From a bacterium (lineage in GTDB: Bacteria; Ratteibacteria; UBA8468; B48-G9; JAFGKM01), in NCBI GenBank assembly GCA_035370465.1, contig DAOOVW010000001.1:1-58241 (forward strand): 58,241 nt of DNA. Reading direction: 5' to 3'. The number at the start of each line of letters is the position of its first letter. Position 1 is the stretch's first letter. Made by a program: the position numbers and the translations under genes. Of the stretch, positions 9,886 to 19,937 are shown in pieces. Below the pieces are notes generated by a model. It was given only the letters and a program-made list of their open reading frames with translations, had not been told where the DNA came from and did not search any database.

Positions 9886-10788
9886 ATGGAAATGAAATTT
9901 TTTGGGGTGTATCCTGCATTATTAACGCCATTTGATGAAAAAGAAAATGTTGATGAAAAACGACTAAGAAAAATTATAAAATTTCTAATTTCAAAAGGAG
10001 TAGATGGACTTTATATATGTGGAGGAACAGGGGAAGGGATGTTGATGAATGTTGATGAAAGAAAAAAAGTTGCAGAAATTGTTAAAGAAGAAGTTGGTAA
10101 TAAAGTAAAAATAATAACTCATATAGGAGGTGCTTTAAATACAAAAAATACAATTGAACTTGCAAAACATTCTGAACAATTAAAAATTGATGCTTTATCC
10201 TCAATTCCGCCTTTTTATTATAAATTCAGTTTTAAAGAAATTTACAAGTATTATAAAGAAGTGGCAGAAAACACTTCTTTACCATTTTTTATTTATTATA
10301 TTCCTGTAACAACAGGTGTTTCTATTACGATAGATGAAATTTGGGAACTTTCAAAAATAAAAAATATAATTGGGATTAAATATACCAATTATGACTTTTT
10401 TACTTTACAGAACATAATTTTAAAAACGAGATGGATATCTTTTTCAGGTCCTGATGAGATGTTTTTACCTGCTTTAACTATGGGAGTAGTGGGTTGTATT
10501 GGTTCAACTCAAAATGTTTTGCCAGAGATATTTATTGATATTTATAAAAGTTTTAAAGAGGGAAATATTAAAAAGGCAATGGAAGGACAAAAAAGAATAA
10601 CAATTGCTGTATCTATTTTAAAAAAATATGATGGAATAACTGCATGGAAAGCAACAATGAAGTTTAGAGAAATTGATGTTGGATATGCAAAAAAACCATT
10701 TGAAAATTTTTTAGAAAAGAGTAAAGAAAAGGAATTAAAAAATGAGTGGAAAAAGTATTTTCCTGAATTTTCAGAAGGTATTAAGTAG
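9886..10788 (+). CDS. DHDPS/NAL family class I aldolase, putative N-acetylneuraminate lyase
   Basis: FGVYPALLTPFDE...VDGLYICGGTGEG pattern of the DapA/NanA family. Context is sialidase-like genes, and a bona fide dapB lies elsewhere in the window. Confidence 0.7.
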   Translation: MEMKFFGVYPALLTPFDEKENVDEKRLRKIIKFLISKGVDGLYICGGTGEGMLMNVDERKKVAEIVKEEVGNKVKIITHIGGALNTKNTIELAKHSEQLKIDALSSIPPFYYKFSFKEIYKYYKEVAENTSLPFFIYYIPVTTGVSITIDEIWELSKIKNIIGIKYTNYDFFTLQNIILKTRWISFSGPDEMFLPALTMGVVGCIGSTQNVLPEIFIDIYKSFKEGNIKKAMEGQKRITIAVSILKKYDGITAWKATMKFREIDVGYAKKPFENFLEKSKEKELKNEWKKYFPEFSEGIK

Positions 10789-10846
10789 TTTTTTATTTTT
10801 AACTATTGTTGCAATTTTTATATCCCATTCTATGGAGGAAATAAAA

Positions 10847-11914
10847 ATGAAAAAAATTGATTTGCTTCCTGCATCAGAAAAAAATCCAAGAAATTCTGAA
10901 GGAAGTATGATTGAATTAAAAAATGGAAAAATAATGTTTATTTATTCACATTTTTATGGTGGTCAAGGAGATAATGCACTTGCTTTTCTTGCTGCCAGAT
11001 ATTCCTTTGATAAAGGAGAAAGTTGGACAGAAAAAGATGAAGTAATTATTGAAAATGAAGGGAAAGAAAATGTTATGAGTGTTTCTCTATTAAGATTAAA
11101 AAATGGAGAAATTTTATTAGGATATTTAATAAAGAACTCTCTTAATGATTGTAAATACTATATAAGAAAATCATCTGATGAGGGTAAATCATGGAGTAAA
11201 AAAGTTCTTGTAACAAATAAGGAGTTTTCAAATGGAAATTATTTTGTTGTAAATAATGATAGAGTAATTCAATTATCAAATGGCAGAATTATTGTTCCAT
11301 CTTCTCATCATCCTTGTTCAACTGGCAAATGGGACGATTTTGGACCCGGGGAAGTAATTGTTTTTTATTCAGATGATAATGGAAATACATGGAAATCAAG
11401 TAGAAATATTCTATCATCTCCAGAAAAAAATGATAAACGTGGATTGGAAGAACCAGGAGTAGTTGAACTTAGAGATGGAAAAATTTTAATGTGGATAAGA
11501 ACAAATTTAGGTCGTCAATATTATTCATATTCAGAAGATAGTGGGCAAACATGGAGTGAAGTATCTCCATCTCCTTTAGTTTCTCCTCTTTCACCAGCAT
11601 CTATCAAAAGAATACCAAAAACAGGAGACCTTCTTTGTATATATAACGACCATTCTGGGAAATTCCCTTATCCAGAATTTCAAAGCAGGACACCATTAGT
11701 CTCAGCAATTTCAAAGGATGAGGGTAAAAGTTGGCAAAACCATCTCTTAATAGAAGATGACCCAAAAGGGAGATTTTGTTATACTTCAATTCTGTTTATT
11801 GACAATAAAATAATTTTGAGTTATTCCGCAGAAAATGTTGAACAGGCATGGGGACTATTAAGAGTAACTATTTTAAAGATGGAGGAAGTTTATAATGGAG
11901 AAAAAAATACATAA
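10847..11914 (+). CDS. BNR repeat exo-alpha-sialidase-like protein
   Basis: Five Asp-boxes: SFDKGESWTE, SSDEGKSWSK, SDDNGNTWKS, SEDSGQTWSE and SKDEGKSWQN. GGAGG RBS 7 nt before the ATG at 10847. The ORF track begins earlier at 10742. Confidence 0.7.
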   Translation: MKKIDLLPASEKNPRNSEGSMIELKNGKIMFIYSHFYGGQGDNALAFLAARYSFDKGESWTEKDEVIIENEGKENVMSVSLLRLKNGEILLGYLIKNSLNDCKYYIRKSSDEGKSWSKKVLVTNKEFSNGNYFVVNNDRVIQLSNGRIIVPSSHHPCSTGKWDDFGPGEVIVFYSDDNGNTWKSSRNILSSPEKNDKRGLEEPGVVELRDGKILMWIRTNLGRQYYSYSEDSGQTWSEVSPSPLVSPLSPASIKRIPKTGDLLCIYNDHSGKFPYPEFQSRTPLVSAISKDEGKSWQNHLLIEDDPKGRFCYTSILFIDNKIILSYSAENVEQAWGLLRVTILKMEEVYNGEKNT

Positions 11915-12332
11915 GGATTTTCATGGGGCTTTAAGTGTTGGTTTTGAATTTCTATCTGATAAATATGGTGAAAAGGTTCTTGAAGAATATCTTATTGATG
12001 CTGCAGAAACTATTTATAGTGATTTAATAAAAAAAATTAAAAAAAATGGAATAGTTGAATTAGAAAATTATTGGAGAAAAATTTTTACAGAAGAAGAAGG
12101 TAAGTTTTTTCTTAAAAGAGATGACAATAAAAAAATTGAATTAGTTGTTGAAGAATGTCCTGCAATTTCTCATATGAAAAAAGTTGGTTATAAAATTTAC
12201 AAAAATTTCTGTATTCAGTGTGAAGTTATAAATAGAGTAATATCACAAAAAACAGGTTTTATTTCTGAAATAACTTATGATGTAAAAAATGGGAAATGCA
12301 AGCAGATATTCAAAAAAGAGGAGAGAACATGA
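11895..12332 (+). CDS. Hypothetical Cys-rich small protein (paralog A)
   Basis: 145 aa with GAGGAAG RBS. Shares the ..YW..TEE(E)G.. CP-x(17)-C-x2-C motif with the downstream paralog. Confidence 0.5.
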   Translation: MEKKIHKDFHGALSVGFEFLSDKYGEKVLEEYLIDAAETIYSDLIKKIKKNGIVELENYWRKIFTEEEGKFFLKRDDNKKIELVVEECPAISHMKKVGYKIYKNFCIQCEVINRVISQKTGFISEITYDVKNGKCKQIFKKEERT

Positions 12333-12775
12333 TATCATCAGGAGAATTTATTTTTGCTTATAATGAACTTTTTAAATTCATACATAAAAAATATGGGAAA
12401 AAAGATGTTATATCTTTATGGGAATTTATTTCGGATAAATTTCTTACAAATTTAGATGAACTTGTTAGAGAAAAAGGAATATCTGGAATGGCTGAATACT
12501 GGACACATACTTTAACAGAGGAAGGTGCAGAATATCAAATGTCTGTTGGAGAAAATTATTTTGAGATATTTATGAAAAAATGTCCTTCTGTTGGGAAATT
12601 AAACAAGACAAAAGTAAAAAAATATCCTTATTATTGTGAACACTGCAAAACCCTATATAAAAAAGTAATAGAAAAATACGGATTTTTATATAAAGTAAAA
12701 ATTATTGACAAGGAAAAAGGGATATGTAAAGTTTTCGTCAAAAGAACTAAAAAAAGGAATTTTCCCATTCAATAA
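12329..12775 (+). CDS. Hypothetical Cys-rich small protein (paralog B)
   Basis: GAGGAG RBS. ATGA overlap with paralog A. Same motif order (EYW, TEEG, CPSVG...CEHC). Confidence 0.5.
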   Translation: MISSGEFIFAYNELFKFIHKKYGKKDVISLWEFISDKFLTNLDELVREKGISGMAEYWTHTLTEEGAEYQMSVGENYFEIFMKKCPSVGKLNKTKVKKYPYYCEHCKTLYKKVIEKYGFLYKVKIIDKEKGICKVFVKRTKKRNFPIQ

Positions 12776-13010
12776 GATATTTTTTAAATTCCTTTCCAAG
12801 TACATAATTTCCAATTTCTCCATTTTTTTTAATTACTCTATGACAGGGAATTGAAATAAGATAAGGATTTTCTTTTAAAATTGAAGATATATACCGAACA
12901 TTATTTTTCATTCCGAGTTTTAAAGCAATATAAGAATATGTTTTTGTATGTCCAAATTTTATTTTTTTTAATTCCACCAAAAGTTTCTCTTTTAATTTTT
13001 TTTTGTTCAT
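12747..13010 (-). CDS. MGMT family protein (methylated-DNA-protein-cysteine methyltransferase, DNA-binding domain)
   Basis: The active-site motif IPCHRVI is present, in ...TYSYIALKLGMKNNVRYISSILKENPYLISIPCHRVIKKNGEIGNY. A standalone 87-aa version. Confidence 0.75.
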   Translation of the reverse strand: MNKKKLKEKLLVELKKIKFGHTKTYSYIALKLGMKNNVRYISSILKENPYLISIPCHRVIKKNGEIGNYVLGKEFKKYLIEWENSFF

Positions 13011-13062
13011 GTTAAAATTATTTTTGTTTTGATTTTTTTTATTATATAATTGTAATTCAAAA

Positions 13063-13470
13063 ATGGAAAAATATATACAATCTTTTATAGAAATGGTAAA
13101 ATTTAATGAAAATGGTTTAGTTGTTGTAGTTGTTCAGGACCTAAATGGAATTATTTTAATGGTTGCATATATGAACACAGAAGCAATTGAAAAAACACTA
13201 CAAACAGGTAAAATGCACTATTACAGCAGAAGTAGAAAAAAATTGTGGCTTAAAGGTGAAAGTTCAGGAAATTTTCAATTTGTGAAAGATATTTATATTG
13301 ACTGTGATAATGATGCTTTGCTTTTCAGAGTTCAGCAAAAATGTGGAGCATGCCATAGTGGATATTATTCTTGTTTTTACAGAAAATTTGAAGATGGAAA
13401 TTTCAAAATCATAGAAGAAAAAATTTTTGAACCAGAGGATGTATATAACAAGGAAATAAAAAAATGCTAA
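13063..13470 (+). CDS. hisI: Phosphoribosyl-AMP cyclohydrolase
   Basis: VVQD...MVAYMN...[17 protein letters not shown]...DCDNDALL...[11 protein letters not shown] motifs. Confidence 0.8.
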   Translation: MEKYIQSFIEMVKFNENGLVVVVVQDLNGIILMVAYMNTEAIEKTLQTGKMHYYSRSRKKLWLKGESSGNFQFVKDIYIDCDNDALLFRVQQKCGACHSGYYSCFYRKFEDGNFKIIEEKIFEPEDVYNKEIKKC

Positions 13471-14783
13471 AAAGTTATTATTACAAACTATTTTTGATAA
13501 TTGCAATAATTGGTATATTTATATATCTGATATATCCAGTTGATAAAAAAATTAAAAAAGGCCTTGACTTGCAAGGAGGAATTCATATTGTTCTTGAAGT
13601 AGAAAAACCACCAGAAGAAACAGAAAATATAAATGAATTAACTGATAGAGCACTTGAAATAATAAGAAACAGAATAGATGCTCTTGGGGTCTCTGAACCA
13701 ATAATACAAAAAGAAGGAGCAAACAGAATAATAGTTGATATACCAGGGGTTAAAGAACCAGAAAAAGCAATAGATATAATTGGAAAGACCGCCTTATTGG
13801 AGTTTAAACTTGTTAATGATGACCCAAAAGCACTTCAATCTGCATTAGAAGGCAATCCTCCAGAAGGATATGAGGTTTTATATACAACTGAAAAAGATGA
13901 AAGAGGGATAGCAAGAAAGGGTTCTCCTATTCTTGTAAAAAAAGAACCAGAACTTACAGGTAAATATATAAAAGACGCTTATGTAAGTTATGACCCGGGT
14001 GGTTTGCCCTCTGTGAGTATTGTTTTTAATAGTGAAGGAGCAAAAATTTTTGAAAATGTAACAACAAATAATGTAGGTAGACAATTGGCAATTGTTTTAG
14101 ATGGTGTGGTAAAAAGTGCTCCTATGATAAGAGAAAGAATACCAGAAGGGAAAGGGCAAATTAGTGGTAAATTTAATATGGAAGAAGCAAAAGAGTTAGC
14201 AATTGTTTTAAGAGCAGGTGCATTACCTGCAAAAGTTAATATGATTTATCAGCAAATTATTGGTCCAACTCTTGGAAAAAAATATATTCAACAAGGTTTT
14301 CGTGTAATTCTTTATGGCGGAATACTTGTTTTTATTTTTATGATTTTCTATTATTCTGTATTTGGTCTTTTGGCTGATTTTGCCCTTGCTTTAAATATAC
14401 TTATTCTTTTAGGTATAATGGCAGGGATTAAAGGTGTTCTTACAATGCCAGGAATTGCAGGAATTGCTTTGACTATTGGTATGTCAGTTGATGCAAATAT
14501 TTTAATTTTTGAAAGAATAAGAGAAGAAATAAAAGCCGGAAAATCACCAAAAACAGCGGTTGATGCTGGATATTTAAGAGCATGGAGTGCTATCCTTGAT
14601 TCTAATATAACAACATTAATTATAGGAGCAATACTTTTTTTCTTTGGAGAAGGTTCTATAAAAGGTTTTGGATTAACTTTAAGTATAGGAATACTTGCAA
14701 ACTTATTTACCGCGGTTTATGTAACAAAAGTAATTGTTGATTACTTTCTTATAATAAAAAAGGTTGAAAAAATACGGATATAA
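13464..14783 (+). CDS. secD: Protein translocase subunit SecD
   Basis: GLDLQGG motif, a periplasmic domain and C-terminal 6-TM region typical of SecD. Confidence 0.9.
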   Translation: MLKSYYYKLFLIIAIIGIFIYLIYPVDKKIKKGLDLQGGIHIVLEVEKPPEETENINELTDRALEIIRNRIDALGVSEPIIQKEGANRIIVDIPGVKEPEKAIDIIGKTALLEFKLVNDDPKALQSALEGNPPEGYEVLYTTEKDERGIARKGSPILVKKEPELTGKYIKDAYVSYDPGGLPSVSIVFNSEGAKIFENVTTNNVGRQLAIVLDGVVKSAPMIRERIPEGKGQISGKFNMEEAKELAIVLRAGALPAKVNMIYQQIIGPTLGKKYIQQGFRVILYGGILVFIFMIFYYSVFGLLADFALALNILILLGIMAGIKGVLTMPGIAGIALTIGMSVDANILIFERIREEIKAGKSPKTAVDAGYLRAWSAILDSNITTLIIGAILFFFGEGSIKGFGLTLSIGILANLFTAVYVTKVIVDYFLIIKKVEKIRI

Positions 14784-14785
14784 AA

Positions 14786-15673
14786 ATGGAACTGATAAAA
14801 AAAACAAATTTTGATTTTATGGGGAAAAGAAAAATTGCATATTTATTTTCTATTATTGTTATTTTATGGGGAATGACAACATTTTTTATAAGAGGCAAAA
14901 AAAATTTTGGAGTTGATTTTACAGGTGGGGATTTATTACAAATTGCCTTCAAGAACAGTGTCTCTGTTAGTGAAATAAGAGATACTCTATCAACATTAAA
15001 TATTGGGTCTTTTACAGTACAGGCAGTTGGAACAGAAGAAAAAGAGGTAATAATAAAAAGCAATCCAAATACATCTGATACAATACTAAAAGCAATTCAG
15101 CAAAAATATGGGCAGGATATTGAAATAAAAAATAAGGCAATTATTTCGCCATCAATGAGTACAAGTTTAAGAAACAAAGCACTTTTTTCATTTTTGCTTG
15201 GAATAATAGGTATACTTATTTATTTAGCAATAAGATTTGAATTCAGATTTGCAGTTGGAGCAACAGTTGCAATTTTTCATGATTTGCTTTTTGTTATCTC
15301 AATACTTGCAATTGCAGGGAAACAAATTGATTCAACTATAATTGCTGCCCTTCTTACAATAGCAGGATATTCTGTAAATGATACCGTGGTAATTTTTGAT
15401 AGAATAAGGGAAAATGTAAGGAAAACAAGAAGTGATAATTATATAGGTATTTTTAACCTAAGTATAAATGAAACATTAAGTAGAACTATTCTTACAGGAC
15501 TAACAACAATTGTAGTTGTTATATTATTCTTCTTCTTTGGTGGGGAATCACTTCATGATTTTGCTTTTTCTTTACTTGGTGGATTTATTATTGGAACTTT
15601 TTCTTCTGTTTTTGTTGCGTCGGCATTGGTTATTGACTGGCATAGAATTAGACCTTATAAAATTAAATTATGA
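14786..15673 (+). CDS. secF: Protein translocase subunit SecF
   Basis: Immediately follows secD. GVDFTGG motif and TM topology of SecF. Confidence 0.9.
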   Translation: MELIKKTNFDFMGKRKIAYLFSIIVILWGMTTFFIRGKKNFGVDFTGGDLLQIAFKNSVSVSEIRDTLSTLNIGSFTVQAVGTEEKEVIIKSNPNTSDTILKAIQQKYGQDIEIKNKAIISPSMSTSLRNKALFSFLLGIIGILIYLAIRFEFRFAVGATVAIFHDLLFVISILAIAGKQIDSTIIAALLTIAGYSVNDTVVIFDRIRENVRKTRSDNYIGIFNLSINETLSRTILTGLTTIVVVILFFFFGGESLHDFAFSLLGGFIIGTFSSVFVASALVIDWHRIRPYKIKL

Positions 15674-16248
15674 AAGTAATAGGTGGAATACATAAAGGTA
15701 AAAAACTCTTATTTATAAAAGAAAAAGATATAAGACCAACAAAAGATGTTGTAAGAGAAGCAATTTTTGATGTCCTGCGCGGATGGATAGTTGGAAAAAA
15801 AATAATTGATCTGTTTGCTGGTACAGGGGCACTTGGGATTGAGGCAATAAGCGAAGGTGGAGAAAAGGTTATATTCGTTGAAAGTAAAGGGAAAATAGTT
15901 GATATTTTAAAAAAAAATGTAATTAATGTTGGAATAGAAAAACAGGTATCTATTTTAAAGGGTGGAGTAGAAGAGAAAATCAAGGAGATGAGAAATTTCA
16001 AATATGACCTTGTAATTGCAGACCCACCTTATGATTTTCCCGTAAACAAATTGAAAGAAATACTTGAAACAATTATTTCTTCCGAAGTAATAAATGAAAA
16101 TGGAATTATTATTGTTGAGCATAGAACTAAATATTCAATACCAGAAAGTGCTAAATTTATTGTCTACAAAAATAAAAAATATGGTAAAACATCTGTTTCA
16201 TATTTAAAAAGGAAAGAAAATGAAGAATATAGCAGTCTATCCGGGTAG
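15670..16248 (+). CDS. rsmD: 16S rRNA (guanine966-N2)-methyltransferase RsmD
   Basis: RPT.DVVREAIFDVL...DLFAGTGALGIEAISEGG...DPPY motifs. Confidence 0.8.
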   Translation: MKVIGGIHKGKKLLFIKEKDIRPTKDVVREAIFDVLRGWIVGKKIIDLFAGTGALGIEAISEGGEKVIFVESKGKIVDILKKNVINVGIEKQVSILKGGVEEKIKEMRNFKYDLVIADPPYDFPVNKLKEILETIISSEVINENGIIIVEHRTKYSIPESAKFIVYKNKKYGKTSVSYLKRKENEEYSSLSG

Positions 16249-16702
16249 TTTTGACCCTATAACAAATGGACATATTGATGTTATTCATAGGTGTCTGAAA
16301 ATTGTGGACAAAATAATAATTGCTATTTCATCTTTTCAAAGAAAGGACTTTCTTTTAACAATTGAAGAGAGAACTGAAATAATTAAAGAAACATTTAAAA
16401 ATGATGATAGAATTGAAATAGATAAATTTGATGGGCTTCTTGTTAATTATCTAAAAGAAAAAAATATAAATATTATTGTAAGAGGACTTAGAGCAATTTC
16501 TGATTTTGAATATGAATTCCAAATGGCTTTAACAAATAGAAAGTTAAATAAAAATATTGAAACAATTTTTATAATGCCAGGAGAAGAATATTTTTTTATA
16601 AGTTCAACAATGGTCAAGGAAATAGCAAAATTAAAAGGCCAAATTTCTTGTTTTGTCCCTCCTGCTGTGGAAAAAAAATTAAAAGAAAAATTTAACTATT
16701 AA
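16220..16702 (+). CDS. coaD: Phosphopantetheine adenylyltransferase
   Basis: IAVYPGSFDPITNGHIDVIHR, the canonical CoaD N-terminus. Confidence 0.9.
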   Translation: MKNIAVYPGSFDPITNGHIDVIHRCLKIVDKIIIAISSFQRKDFLLTIEERTEIIKETFKNDDRIEIDKFDGLLVNYLKEKNINIIVRGLRAISDFEYEFQMALTNRKLNKNIETIFIMPGEEYFFISSTMVKEIAKLKGQISCFVPPAVEKKLKEKFNY

Positions 16703-16777
16703 ATGTAAAATTTAAAATAGAAAAAATACAAGACAAAAAATGAAAAAGTTTTAAATCTATTAAAGAAGGAGAAAAAA

Positions 16778-16972
16778 ATGCCAAATCCTAAAAGAAAACA
16801 TTCAAAAAGTAGAACAGGAAAGAGAAGAAATTCAAAAAAAATTAAAAATGTCTCCCTTTCAAAATGCCCAAATTGTGGTTCTTTAATTACGCCTCATTCT
16901 GTTTGTCCTCAATGTGGATATTATAAAGGAGAACTTGTTATCCAGAAGAAAGAAAAAAGAAAAAAACAATGA
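16778..16972 (+). CDS. rpmF: 50S ribosomal protein L32
   Basis: MPNPKRKHSKSRTGKRR... with a CPNCG...CPQCG zinc ribbon. Lies upstream of plsX as in the conserved rpmF-plsX-fab arrangement. Confidence 0.85.
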   Translation: MPNPKRKHSKSRTGKRRNSKKIKNVSLSKCPNCGSLITPHSVCPQCGYYKGELVIQKKEKRKKQ

Positions 16973-17973
16973 AAAATATCTCTATTGCACTTGATGTTAT
17001 GGGGGGGGATAAAGTTCCCTTTTCAACAGTAAAAAGTCTAGAATGTATTAAAAAAGGTGATAATTTGAAAATTTTTCTTGTAGGTGAAAAAGAAAAATTT
17101 AATCATCTCTTATCTTCTTTAAATCCTGATTTGTACTCAATTGTTGAATGTAAAAAGTTTATTCCGATGGATAAAAAGGTGGGGCTGAAACTTCTGAAAG
17201 AGACAGATACAACAATGTCAGTTACATTACGACTTTTGAAAGAAAAGAAAGTTGATGTAGCATTAAGTGGTGGCAATACAGCAGCTTTTGTTGCTCTTGC
17301 AATATCACAAATTGGTTTAATTAAAGGAGTAGAAAGACCGGCAATTGCAGTTTTATTTCCTAATGCTTCAAAGGGAAATACAATTTTTCTTGATGCAGGA
17401 AGTAATATAAATGCAAAACCAATCCATTTTTTAAGTTCAGCAATTATGGGAGCAACCTATGCAGAAATTGTCTTTGGTATTAAAAAACCAAAAGTATCTT
17501 TATTAAATATTGGTGAAGAGGAAACAAAAGGTGATGATTTAAGAAAAGAGGCATTCCAATTGTTAAAAAATGCAAAAGAAATTAATTTTATTGGAAATAT
17601 TGAAGGACAGGACATTTTCACAGGAAAAAGCGATGTAATTGTAACAGATGGATTTACTGGAAATGTTGTTTTAAAAACATCAGAAGGTATCAGCAGATCT
17701 TTCAAAACACTTCTTTTGAGATATTTAAGAGAAAATATTTCTGGTAAAATTGCAACTTTTCTTATTAAGAAAAATTTAAGCCAATTTGCAAAAATGGTTG
17801 ATTATGCTGAATATGGAGGAGGGATATTACTTGGAGTTGATGGAATAGTCCTTATTTCTCATGGAAGGTCTTCTCCAAGGGCAATTTTTAATGCAATGAA
17901 ATTAGGTGAAAAAATTGTAAAATCAAATTTTTTAGACATTATGAAAGAAAAAGTGAAAGATATGGAGAGTTAA
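16969..17973 (+). CDS. plsX: Phosphate acyltransferase PlsX
   Basis: IALDVMGGDKVP N-terminus and GFTGNVVLKT.EG motif. Confidence 0.9.
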   Translation: MKNISIALDVMGGDKVPFSTVKSLECIKKGDNLKIFLVGEKEKFNHLLSSLNPDLYSIVECKKFIPMDKKVGLKLLKETDTTMSVTLRLLKEKKVDVALSGGNTAAFVALAISQIGLIKGVERPAIAVLFPNASKGNTIFLDAGSNINAKPIHFLSSAIMGATYAEIVFGIKKPKVSLLNIGEEETKGDDLRKEAFQLLKNAKEINFIGNIEGQDIFTGKSDVIVTDGFTGNVVLKTSEGISRSFKTLLLRYLRENISGKIATFLIKKNLSQFAKMVDYAEYGGGILLGVDGIVLISHGRSSPRAIFNAMKLGEKIVKSNFLDIMKEKVKDMES

Positions 17974-18972
17974 ATGGGAGTAATTATAACTGGAACTGGT
18001 TCTTATTTGCCTGAGATTGTTTTAACAAATAGAGATATGGAAATGATGGTTGATACCTCTGATGAGTGGATAACAACAAGAACTGGAATAAAAGAAAGAA
18101 GAATTGCTCCAAAAAATATTTCTTCTTCTGATTTAGGGAAAGAAGCAATTTTAAATGCATGTAATGATGCAAATATTGTACCAGAAAAAATTGACTTTAT
18201 AATTTGTGCAACAATTACTCCAGATAAATTTTTCCCTTCAACTTCTTGTCTTATAGAACACAAATTAGGGATTAAGAAAAAATTTGCATTTGATATTTCT
18301 GCTGCATGTTCTGGTTTTCTTTATGGACTTGAAATTGCAAGAAATCTTATAGAAACAAGTGGCTATCAAACAGGAGCAGTTGTAGCAGCAGAGTGTATGA
18401 GTAGAATAACTGATTATACAAATAGAGAAACATGTGTTCTTCTTGGAGACGGAGCAGGAGCAGTAATTGTTCAAAGGTCAGAAGAAAATGGAGTAATCGG
18501 GTCATATTTATCTTCTGATGGGGGTTATGAATATTTGCTTCATGCCCCTGCTGGTGGTTCAAAATTGCCTTCTTCTTTTGATACAATTGAAAACCGCCTC
18601 AACTTTATGAAAATGGAAGGACAACCACTTTTTAAAATTGCAATAATTACAATGTGTGAAAGTATAAATAATATCTTGAAAAAATATAAATTGAAAAAAG
18701 AGGATATATCGCTCATTATCCCTCATCAAGCAAATTTAAGAATTATTTTAGGTGTTGCAAAAAATATGAAAATACCAGTTGAAAAATTTTTTGTAAATAT
18801 TGAAAAATATGGAAATATGTCCGCTGCGTGTGTTCCTGTTGCTCTTGACCATGCAAATAAAAAACAACTAATAAAAAAAGGTGATTATATCTTAACTGTT
18901 TCTTTTGGTGGTGGATTAACTTGGGGTGCAAATCTAATAAAATGGTATAAAGGGGATAAAAATGAAAAATAA
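17974..18972 (+). CDS. fabH: 3-oxoacyl-ACP synthase III
   Basis: TGSYLPE...DEWITTRTGIKERR...AACSGF (active Cys)...HQANLRI...GGGLTWGA. Confidence 0.9.
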   Translation: MGVIITGTGSYLPEIVLTNRDMEMMVDTSDEWITTRTGIKERRIAPKNISSSDLGKEAILNACNDANIVPEKIDFIICATITPDKFFPSTSCLIEHKLGIKKKFAFDISAACSGFLYGLEIARNLIETSGYQTGAVVAAECMSRITDYTNRETCVLLGDGAGAVIVQRSEENGVIGSYLSSDGGYEYLLHAPAGGSKLPSSFDTIENRLNFMKMEGQPLFKIAIITMCESINNILKKYKLKKEDISLIIPHQANLRIILGVAKNMKIPVEKFFVNIEKYGNMSAACVPVALDHANKKQLIKKGDYILTVSFGGGLTWGANLIKWYKGDKNEK

Positions 18973-19690
18973 AGTTGTTATAATTACAGGGGCATTTGGA
19001 GGAATTGGGAAAGCAGTTGCTTATAAATTTTCTAATTTAGGTGCTAAACTTGTTCTCTGGGATGTTATTATTGATAATGAATTTATCAACCAATTTACAA
19101 AAAAAGAAACAGAAATAATTGCTTCAAAAATTGATATAACAAATCAAAAAGAAATTGAAGAAGGGAAAAATTATATAATTGAAAAATTTGGAACAATTGA
19201 TGTTTTAATAAATAATGCAGGCATAACAAAAGACAAAATTATTCTGAGAATGACAGAAGAGGAATGGGATGAAGTAATAAATATAAACTTGAAAGGTGCT
19301 TTTTTATGTAGTAAAATTATAGGGTATGAAATGTTTTTAAAGAAAAAAGGTAAAATAATAAATGTCGCTTCAATAATAGGACAGGTTGGGAATATAGGAC
19401 AGGCAAATTATGCTGCCTCAAAAGGTGGTTTAATTGCTCTTACAAAAGTTTGTGCTAAAGAATTTGCAAGAAGTAATATAAATGTTAATGCAATTGCTCC
19501 TGGATATATTATGACAAAAATGACACAGAATTTACCTGAAAAAGTAAAAGAAAAAATGCTTGAAAATATACCTCTAAGGAGATTTGGAACTCCAGAGGAT
19601 GTTGCAGAACTTATTGCTTTTTTATCAGGTGAAAATTCAAATTATATAACAGGTCAGGTTATTAGAATAGATGGTGGACTTGTAATGTAG
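18962..19690 (+). CDS. fabG: 3-oxoacyl-ACP reductase
   Basis: KVVIITGAFGGIGKA, NNAGIT and YAASKGG motifs of an SDR. Position in the fab operon. Confidence 0.85.
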   Translation: MKNKVVIITGAFGGIGKAVAYKFSNLGAKLVLWDVIIDNEFINQFTKKETEIIASKIDITNQKEIEEGKNYIIEKFGTIDVLINNAGITKDKIILRMTEEEWDEVININLKGAFLCSKIIGYEMFLKKKGKIINVASIIGQVGNIGQANYAASKGGLIALTKVCAKEFARSNINVNAIAPGYIMTKMTQNLPEKVKEKMLENIPLRRFGTPEDVAELIAFLSGENSNYITGQVIRIDGGLVM

Positions 19691-19937
19691 TACTCGGTTA
19701 AATATCTTGACCAAAAAGTGGAGAGTAACAGGGGTTAGCAGAGCAGAGTTGGTGCTTGATTTCCTCTCTTATTTCTTCCCTTTGACAAAGGGAAGATAGA
19801 AAGGATTTTGGAGATTTCAACAAGCACAACGGGAGTGAGAGGGGATTTATAAATGAAAGACATAAAACAATGTGCTTTCTTTTGTGCTTTACAAGTATAT
19901 ATCACTGAACTCTAATGTAAAAAAAGGAGGAAAAAAG

